A DNA stretch of 25,373 nt from Gemmatimonadaceae bacterium (GTDB taxonomy: Bacteria > Gemmatimonadota > Gemmatimonadetes > Gemmatimonadales > Gemmatimonadaceae), in assembly GCA_035286525.1 (NCBI GenBank), contig DATHJR010000098.1, positions 1-25,373 of the forward strand, written 5' to 3'. The position numbers and the translations under genes were made by a program. This document shows positions 11,022 through 17,030 of the stretch, one piece after another (position 1 is the stretch's first letter; each line of letters begins with the position of its first letter). A model generated the notes under the pieces. It did not search any database. It was not told the origin of the DNA and saw nothing but the letters and a program-made list of their open reading frames with translations.

Positions 11022-11042
11022 GGCCGGGCGCATTCCCCGGCC
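11022..11042 (-). other. GC hairpin between rho and tamA
   Basis: GGCCGGG/CCCGGCC 7-bp stem with a 7-nt loop, just after the rho stop. No U-tract. Confidence 0.3.
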
Positions 11043-11046
11043 GACC

Positions 11047-12645
11047 CTACAGCCCCGCGAGCAGAGTGTCGTTGTTTGCGGTGTTCTGGATTCGCTTGAT
11101 CAACCACTCCATTCCGGCCTGCGGCGGCATCTGCTGCAGCCCGCGGCGGAGAGTGAAGATCGCGTCGATCTGATCCGGGCGAAAGAGCTTGTCCTCGCGG
11201 CGCGTGCCGCTCGTCGCTACATCGATCGCCGGAAAGACACGCTTCTCGGCCAACCCGCGATCGAGCTTGATCTCGCTGTTTCCCGTGCCCTTGAACTCCT
11301 CGAAGATCACGTCGTCCATTCGCGATCCCGTTTCGACGAGTGCCGTCGCGATAATGGTGAGCGACCCGCCGCCGTGCTGGGGCGCCACCGAGCGCGCCGA
11401 ACCGAAGAACGCCTTGGGCTTCGCCATCGCCGTCGCATCGAGACCACCGCTCAACGTGCGCCCGGTGCCGCGCTCCGCCGTGTTGTGTGCGCGCGCGAGA
11501 CGCGTGATCGAGTCGAGCACGATGACGACATCCTTGCCCTGCTCGACGAGCCGGCGCGCGCGCTCGAGCGTCATGTCCGCGACATCGACGTGTCGTTCCG
11601 CCGGCTGGTCGAAGCTCGAGGCGACGACTTCGCCACGTCCCCATTCGATCATCTCGCTCACTTCCTCGGGACGCTCATCGACGAGAAGCACAAGCAACGT
11701 CGCCTCAGGATGATTGATCGCGATCCCCTCGGTGATCGCCTGCAGCAACATCGTCTTTCCGGCGCGGGCCGGCGCCACGATCAGGGCGCGCTGGCCGTAG
11801 CCGATCGGCGCGATCAGATCGATCGCCCGGCGCGTGAGCTCCGGGCCGACCTTCGCCGACTGTCCCGTCTCGAGCACGAGCTTGCGCTCGGGATAGGATG
11901 CGGTGAGCGAGCTGAAGTCCGGGCGACGGAGGGCACTGGTGGGGTCGCCGCCGTTCACGGCGGTCACTTCCGCCACCGCGAGCCGGCCGCGCTGGTCCCG
12001 GCCCGTGGTCGCCTCGACCAGGTCGCCGCGCCGAAGCGCGAACTGACGCACGATCTGCGACGGGACGAACGCATCGTTCGGCGAGGGGAGGTAGCTCTCT
12101 TCCGGGCGGCGAACGAACCCGCCATCGCGGGCCGAATCGAACCATCCAGTGGTGGTGCCGTCGGCAACGAGCACGGACACCGGCGCGTTCGCGTGCTGAT
12201 CGGGACGTGGGCCATTGCGCTGGCGACCGCGGCGACCTCGCCGGCCATTGGCATTGGCGTTATTGCCGATGTCGCGATTTCCGTTGTCCCGATTCCCGTT
12301 GTCGCGACCGCCGCCTTGCTCGCGATTGCCGCGGTTGTCCTCGCGCTCGCGATTGCTCTGGCTGTTTCGGTTGTTGTTGTACCGCGGCTCGCTGCCGCGA
12401 TCGCCGCGATCGTTCTGCGGAGGCGAATTGTATGGAGGCTGTTGCGGCTGCGGAGGGGCGGGAATCCCGGCATCGCCGCCATCCGAAGGCGGAGCCGGCC
12501 TGCTCTCCGGTAGCGCGGTGTCGCTTGGCGCCGGCAGGGATGAGTCATCGCGATATGGGCTGGACTCAGTGCTCGAGTCGAGCGGCGGGCGGCCTGGCGG
12601 ACGGTGTCCGCGACCGCGCCGGGTCGGGCGTCGACGTTCGTTCAT
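11047..12645 (-). CDS. rho: Transcription termination factor Rho with a low-complexity N-terminal extension
   Basis: APARAGKT P-loop, LVDERPEEV, DSITRLARA, GSRMDDVIFEEFKGTGN, SGTRRE, and a cold-shock-like RNA-binding segment. Start set at MNERRR (12645); the 12768 extension has no Rho-like features. Confidence 0.95.
   Translation of the reverse strand: MNERRRPTRRGRGHRPPGRPPLDSSTESSPYRDDSSLPAPSDTALPESRPAPPSDGGDAGIPAPPQPQQPPYNSPPQNDRGDRGSEPRYNNNRNSQSNREREDNRGNREQGGGRDNGNRDNGNRDIGNNANANGRRGRRGRQRNGPRPDQHANAPVSVLVADGTTTGWFDSARDGGFVRRPEESYLPSPNDAFVPSQIVRQFALRRGDLVEATTGRDQRGRLAVAEVTAVNGGDPTSALRRPDFSSLTASYPERKLVLETGQSAKVGPELTRRAIDLIAPIGYGQRALIVAPARAGKTMLLQAITEGIAINHPEATLLVLLVDERPEEVSEMIEWGRGEVVASSFDQPAERHVDVADMTLERARRLVEQGKDVVIVLDSITRLARAHNTAERGTGRTLSGGLDATAMAKPKAFFGSARSVAPQHGGGSLTIIATALVETGSRMDDVIFEEFKGTGNSEIKLDRGLAEKRVFPAIDVATSGTRREDKLFRPDQIDAIFTLRRGLQQMPPQAGMEWLIKRIQNTANNDTLLAGL
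12262..12306 (-). repeat. 3 x 15-nt tandem repeat encoding RDNGN-RDNGN-RDIGN in the Rho extension
   Basis: + strand units: attgccgatgtcgcg / atttccgttgtcccg / attcccgttgtcgcg. Confidence 0.8.
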
Positions 12646-12957
12646 GCTGCGAAAGGTGTCATGAGGTGAAGGCGTACACGCGTGACGAGACCCGAATATT
12701 GGGCGACGAAACGTTGGTTGAGCGATAACGCTGGAGTTGGCGCCGCCCTGTGCGGCGCACGATGTCATCCCGATCCGGCCGCGGATACATCACGCGAGCC
12801 GCTATTCGATGCACGTACACCACGATCAGCTAATCGTGCAGCGAGCCGCTGACGGTTACCGCCAGGTAGCGCGCTCCGCATCGTGGTACGCGGGCATTGC
12901 CAAAGTATTTTGTGGCCACCGTCGGCGTGCCGACGATGCAACGAGTATCACCTGATT

Positions 12958-13079
12958 GGGGCGAATGCGCAACCCTCTCCTTCGTTCCGGCGCCCGGAGG
13001 CGCCCCCGGCGTGAGGGCTTCAGGCGAGTTGGCGTAGCACCACGAAGGGTAGACCCTACGCGTCTCCGCCATCCACCCC
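12958..13079 (-). ncRNA. Putative structured RNA of unassigned family between the HisKA-only gene and rho
   Basis: Nested long-range stems 13067-13079/12958-12969, 13042-13048/12979-12985 and 13037-13041/12989-12993. G-U pairs form only on the minus strand. An alternative c(UCCG)g tetraloop hairpin lies at 12989-13004. Confidence 0.45.
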
Positions 13080-13084
13080 GCACG

Positions 13085-13348
13085 TCATTTCGGGAACATC
13101 GTGTCGTTTACCTTGCTATCCATCTCTCGGACCAGCGTGATCAACCGCCGCACCAGCCCCGTCATTCGATCCACCGCCGCCACGTGCTCCGGGTCCAGCG
13201 TCGTCTCCATCGCGAGCAACTGTGCCTCGGCCAAGAGTGCCGCCAGGGGGTTGTTCAACGAATGCTGCACGAGCGCGGTAATCCGCTGTACGTCGTCGCG
13301 GCGCTGCTCGTTCTGTGAAACTGACGAATCGTTCGATGCTTCAGTCAC
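13085..13348 (-). CDS. Stand-alone HisKA (dimerisation/phospho-acceptor) domain protein, 87 aa
   Basis: H-box-like LVQHSLNNPLAALL followed by a second helix, with no ATP-binding domain. GTG 13348 has GGGAGG upstream. Confidence 0.75.
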   Translation of the reverse strand: MTEASNDSSVSQNEQRRDDVQRITALVQHSLNNPLAALLAEAQLLAMETTLDPEHVAAVDRMTGLVRRLITLVREMDSKVNDTMFPK

Positions 13349-13389
13349 GGCCGACGCCCCTCCCGCCGAGACGGTAAATTTCGCCAGTA

Positions 13390-13983
13390 ATGAGCCCTCT
13401 ATCGATGGATCCCTCCGCGGCGGTCGCGGCCGCCGTCTCAACATACCACGACACCAGCGACTACGGTGTTCTGCTCGAACGATTGCTGGCGATTGCGGAC
13501 GTCACCGAGCCTGACGCGCTTGCCGCCGCCGCCGAGCCCTACCTCGCGATTCCGGAGGTTTCGGGGCCGCTCTACGAGCGAATCGTGGCCGCGCGTCCGA
13601 ACGATTCACGGGCGTTGGTCATCCTCGCGAATTCGTATTGGCTCACGGGGCGCGGGCCCGAGGCAACAGGGGAGCTTGCGGCGCGCGCGCTCGCGGCTGA
13701 TCCGCTCAACCGAGGTGCCTGGCATCTGTGGGCACTCACGGAGGGGGTACCGCGCGAGCGAATGATGCGATGGAAGCAGGTGGTGGAGCGTTTCCCCGAG
13801 GACGATCTCGCGCGCGCGAGCCTCGCCGACAACGCGACGGGACTGGCATCGGGGGAGCGCGATCGGGAGGCGCTACAGCTCGCGATTCGAAGCTACGAGG
13901 TGCTGCGGCGCAAGGCGACGGATCCGACGCAGCGCGCCGCGGTGGAGCGGGCCCTGGCGACGCTGCGGAGCTGGACGCTGTAG
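13390..13983 (+). CDS. Hypothetical TPR-like helical-repeat protein
   Basis: TPR-like segments: YERIVAARPNDSRALVILANSY, ALAADPLNRGAW, VVERFPEDDLARASLA. No signal peptide. Confidence 0.65.
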   Translation: MSPLSMDPSAAVAAAVSTYHDTSDYGVLLERLLAIADVTEPDALAAAAEPYLAIPEVSGPLYERIVAARPNDSRALVILANSYWLTGRGPEATGELAARALAADPLNRGAWHLWALTEGVPRERMMRWKQVVERFPEDDLARASLADNATGLASGERDREALQLAIRSYEVLRRKATDPTQRAAVERALATLRSWTL

Positions 13984-13997
13984 CAGATTGACTCGAG

Positions 13998-14396
13998 CTA
14001 CGCTCGTACGTCGGCCGCGCGGAGCGTGAGCTGACGCGCGAGATCGACCAGGTCGCGGAGATCGAAGGGTTTGCCGAGGGATGCACAGCCGCAGGCGGCA
14101 ATCAGCTCGTGGGCGCGCTCGCTTCCATCGCCCGTGGTGATGATCGTGCGCTGACGCAGATGCGGTTGCACGGAGGCCGCGATCTCGAACAGCTCATCGC
14201 CTCCCATCTCCGGCATGCGGAGGTCGACCACGAGGCAGTCGAAATGCTCGTGATGCAGCAGATGCACCGCATCCTCGGCCGACTCGACCGATCGCACATC
14301 GAAGCCTGCGCGCGCGAAGCAACGCTCCAACGCCCGGCATATCGAATGCTCGTCGTCGACCACCAGAATGCGTGTCGCCCGCGGATCGTCACTCAT
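13998..14396 (-). CDS. Single-domain response regulator (CheY/Spo0F-like receiver)
   Basis: ILVVDDE, VVDLRMP (phospho-Asp), ITTG and KPF: the full receiver signature with no output domain. Overlaps the AraC gene stop by 8 nt. Confidence 0.92.
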   Translation of the reverse strand: MSDDPRATRILVVDDEHSICRALERCFARAGFDVRSVESAEDAVHLLHHEHFDCLVVDLRMPEMGGDELFEIAASVQPHLRQRTIITTGDGSERAHELIAACGCASLGKPFDLRDLVDLARQLTLRAADVRA

Positions 14397-15201
14397 TCAG
14401 CGCGCTCTCCCGATCACCGAACACATCCCCTGGCCGGCATACGAGCGCGGCCATTCGCAGTGAGAATTCTTCCATCGTGAACGCCGACCGCATGGTCGAG
14501 GGACTCATCCCCGTAGCCGTGCGGACCTGCCGCGCAAAGACGCGGATCGAGCTGTAGCCGAGCTTTTTCGCGATGTCCTCGAGCAGAAATCCCGGATCGC
14601 CCATGTAGTGCTTCGCCCGCGTGAGCCGGGCGACGAGGATCGTCGTGCGGGCGGACGCCAGGCCACATCGTTCGAACCATCGATCCAGACTGCGTCTCGT
14701 CATCCCCGACATCCGCGCGAGCTCCTCGACATCGAGGAACTCCTGCGGCGCTTCGAAGAGCCGAGTGATCGCCTGCACGAACAACGCTGGCGCGCCGTGC
14801 AGATGCGGGAGCACGTGCCGTAGAACCGAGTCACTCAGCCGAGTTGCGGGCAGCTGGTGGAGCAGCTGACGAAAGCGTCGGGGCTCGTCGTCGAAGCCGC
14901 GAAGAATGACGTGCTGAACGCCAAGCTTTGCGAGCATGACCGTCGCCTGCATCGAATCCGCCGCGAGCGTGGTGTAGATGACCACCGGCAGTGTGGGATG
15001 CCGAGCGAGCAATTCACGAGCCTGTCCCAGTTCGAGCCCCCCGGAGGTCCGTGGATCCAGAACAACCAGATCGACGGGACGCTCCCGGATGGCGAGTAAC
15101 AGCGCGCCCCAGCCATCGACCACCGTGAGTGAATGATCCCCGGCGAGAGCGATTTGTAGTTGGGCGGCGAGTGGGGCAGAGAGGCGGGCGAGGACTTCCA
15201 C
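14389..15201 (-). CDS. AraC/XylS-family regulator with an atypical N-terminal receiver domain
   Basis: C-terminal twin HTH (DVEELARMSGMTRRSLDRWF; LEDIAKKLGYSSIRVFARQVRTATGMSPS). N-terminal DLVVLDP and VVIYT are receiver-like. Confidence 0.85.
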   Translation of the reverse strand: MEVLARLSAPLAAQLQIALAGDHSLTVVDGWGALLLAIRERPVDLVVLDPRTSGGLELGQARELLARHPTLPVVIYTTLAADSMQATVMLAKLGVQHVILRGFDDEPRRFRQLLHQLPATRLSDSVLRHVLPHLHGAPALFVQAITRLFEAPQEFLDVEELARMSGMTRRSLDRWFERCGLASARTTILVARLTRAKHYMGDPGFLLEDIAKKLGYSSIRVFARQVRTATGMSPSTMRSAFTMEEFSLRMAALVCRPGDVFGDRESALNE

Positions 15202-15218
15202 GTCGGCGGGCGCATATT

Positions 15219-15252
15219 TGTCCTAAAACAGCACATCGATGTCCGAAAATGT
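15219..15252 (+). promoter_or_regulatory. Tandem direct-repeat operator in the araC/peptide divergent promoter
   Basis: TGTCCTAAAA (15219) and TGTCCGAAAA (15240), 21 bp apart. The same motif recurs upstream of the TPR gene. Confidence 0.65.
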
Positions 15253-15284
15253 GTGTTTACGACTGTTTGCGCTACCGTAGCTTC

Positions 15285-15320
15285 GGGATCAAGTCGCAAC
15301 GCCAATCACCACTTGATCCC
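15285..15320 (+). promoter_or_regulatory. 5' UTR stem-loop of the peptide transcript
   Basis: Perfect 10-bp inverted repeat GGGATCAAGT/ACTTGATCCC with a 16-nt loop. It starts 6 nt after a TACCGT -10-like hexamer and ends just before the SD. Confidence 0.55.
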
Positions 15321-15332
15321 CACGAGGTCGCC

Positions 15333-15461
15333 ATGTTTGTCCGCAAAATTACCCTGATCGCCGTTGTTCTGACCTCCTTTGCTCTTGCCGCTTGCACCTC
15401 CCCCACCGCGCCGACGCAGGATTGCGCGATTGCGGTTGGAAGCGGCTGCGGACCCAAGTAA
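15333..15461 (+). CDS. 42-aa exported lipobox peptide (candidate signalling peptide or lipopeptide precursor)
   Basis: MFVRK-ITLIAVVLTSFA-LAA|C-TSPTAPTQDCAIAVGSGCGPK. GAGGT SD 4 nt before the ATG and its own terminator. It is buried at the end of the spurious 15129-15461 ORF in the track. Confidence 0.75.
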   Translation: MFVRKITLIAVVLTSFALAACTSPTAPTQDCAIAVGSGCGPK

Positions 15462-15488
15462 GACCTCAAGCGGGCCTTCAGGGTTGCT

Positions 15489-15533
15489 CGACAGGGGGTT
15501 CCGGGGTGCAAACCGGAACCCCCTGTCGTTTCT
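15489..15533 (+). terminator. Intrinsic terminator between the convergent peptide and TPR genes
   Basis: Perfect 16-bp stem CGACAGGGGGTTCCGG/CCGGAACCCCCTGTCG with an 8-nt loop, followed by TTTCT on +. Confidence 0.8.
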
Positions 15534-16791
15534 ATCCTTCGACGCCCGCCGTCGTACGGAGCTCGTGCATTGCCCTTGCAATTCCCTGGACCTCCGGGGA
15601 CCAGACGGTGTTCCGAATCGTGGTCTGCGCCGCACGATGCTCGCGCTTCTCCTGAGTCTCCAGCTCTCCGAACAGCTCCTCGGCCTCGAAACGCAGCTGC
15701 CCGAGCTGATTTCGGGTAGCGACCTCGATCGCCTTACTGACCGCAGCCTTCGCAAGCACCATCTGATCGAAAGCGCGATGCCCCTGCGCCATATACATGT
15801 AGTAGTAGGTCTCGAGCGCCGGCGGCAGCGACGCGCCGTCGAGTTCGCGACGATACTGCTCGAACAACGTTTCCCTGCGCTCCTGCACCGCAACGTCGAG
15901 CAAGTTGAGCGTGGCCGTCCAGCGCATGTACTGCTCCTGCGCGGTGGCCGCAACGACGAGATAGGCATCACGCGCGGCGCTGAAAACGCCGAGCTGCGCG
16001 AAGCTCGCACCCAAATCGTTTAGCACGCGATCACGCGCCATCTGATTGCGCACGCCCTGCAACGCCTCGAACTGAAGAACGACGGCGTCCTCGAAACGGC
16101 CGCGCCTGAAAGCCACGAGTGCGCGATCGTGGGTTGCCGTCGCGCGGACCTCGGAGAGCCCCGACTCCTTGGCCTGCACGATCGTCTCGTCCAGCAGCGT
16201 TTCGGCGTAGGGAAGATTTCCGCGATCGATCGCGATGTTCGCTTCCTGAATTCGCGCGCGCAGGATGCTCATCATGTCATTGGTCATCGTCGCGACCTGC
16301 GAGGCGGCGGCGAAGCACGTCAACGATTCATCCCATTCCGCGAGCACGCGCAGGCACCGGCCCAGCTGCATGTTGGCCTGGATGACCATATCCGAATCGT
16401 GCACCGGCGTCGCGTACGAGAGCACGGTACGATAGACGTCTGCCGCCAGCGGCCACTTGGCGCCATGCTGTAGTGCGCGCCCGTACGCCATCAATCGGGG
16501 AGCGACCGTGACGATGCGCGGCTGCTCCGCCGTCACCATCGATTCGACGATGCTCGAGAGGAGTCCGCGCGTCGTATCGCGAAAGTCCATCGCGGCGATC
16601 TGATCGCGCACGGCATTGAGCCCCGGCGAGTCGTCGAGGACGACTTCCGCCCCTGCCGTCATCCAGCTGTCGAACAGGCGCAGCACGACCAGCGCAGCGC
16701 TCAAGCTCCGCCACTCGGCGCTGTCATTCGCCAGTTCGGCCAGCCGTTCGAAATACGGTAGATGGGCGAGCGGCCGCGCGATACTACTCAT
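15532..16791 (-). CDS. Cytoplasmic multi-TPR protein, 419 aa (RRNPP/Rap-like architecture, no HTH seen)
   Basis: About 7 TPR-like repeats (e.g. LGRCLRVLAEWDESLTCF, VLNDLGASFAQLGVFSAARDAY) after an ~90-aa helical N-terminus. Strong SD GGAGGAG. No signal peptide. Confidence 0.8.
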   Translation of the reverse strand: MSSIARPLAHLPYFERLAELANDSAEWRSLSAALVVLRLFDSWMTAGAEVVLDDSPGLNAVRDQIAAMDFRDTTRGLLSSIVESMVTAEQPRIVTVAPRLMAYGRALQHGAKWPLAADVYRTVLSYATPVHDSDMVIQANMQLGRCLRVLAEWDESLTCFAAASQVATMTNDMMSILRARIQEANIAIDRGNLPYAETLLDETIVQAKESGLSEVRATATHDRALVAFRRGRFEDAVVLQFEALQGVRNQMARDRVLNDLGASFAQLGVFSAARDAYLVVAATAQEQYMRWTATLNLLDVAVQERRETLFEQYRRELDGASLPPALETYYYMYMAQGHRAFDQMVLAKAAVSKAIEVATRNQLGQLRFEAEELFGELETQEKREHRAAQTTIRNTVWSPEVQGIARAMHELRTTAGVEG

Positions 16792-16866
16792 TTACTCCTC
16801 CGTCTCGGGCGTTTCGCCCAGGGTAGCGATCAACATGCAAGTGAGTATCGGAGGCAACAAGCGCGA

Positions 16867-16939
16867 TTTTAGGACTTTCACATGACATTTTCGGACAATC
16901 TTTTGCCCGAACGCCGAGTTGGGCGCATTTTTTAGGCAC
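16867..16939 (-). promoter_or_regulatory. Direct-repeat operator upstream of the TPR gene
   Basis: Minus-strand copies GTGCCTAAAA (16939-16930), TGTCCGAAAA (16897-16888) and AGTCCTAAAA (16876-16867), spaced 42 and 21 bp. Confidence 0.65.
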
Positions 16940-17030
16940 TGTACAGAAAGTAGACAGCCTATGTACAACTACCACTCCGTTTCCGCGCAGTGATTTTCAG
17001 CCGGCCATCTTCCAGCTTGCGCCCACGATC

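Noticed and set aside
9168-11099. 643-aa + strand ORF
   Set aside because: Antisense shadow of tamA with no motifs. Long stop-free antisense frames are expected at this GC content; the same applies to 5254-6123, 6328-7500 and 11374-12513.
12646-12768. 41-aa N-terminal extension of Rho given by the ORF track
   Set aside because: No resemblance to the Rho helix bundle and no SD; treated as leader.
12958-13079. Assignment of the structured RNA as 6S, SRP or a TPP/SAM/cobalamin riboswitch
   Set aside because: Diagnostic consensus motifs were not found by eye and the length is short for 6S. Left unassigned pending cmscan.
15233-15242. Palindrome ACATCGATGT between the operator half-sites
   Set aside because: Not reproduced in the TPR promoter spacer, so it is not treated as a separate site.
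15129-15332. N-terminal 68 aa of the 110-aa track ORF
   Set aside because: Overlaps the araC start and the promoter repeats. The SD and signal peptide point to ATG 15333.
15333-15461. Peptide as a RiPP (lasso or lanthipeptide) precursor
   Set aside because: No modifying enzymes in the window, and the leader is a Sec/lipobox signal rather than a RiPP leader.
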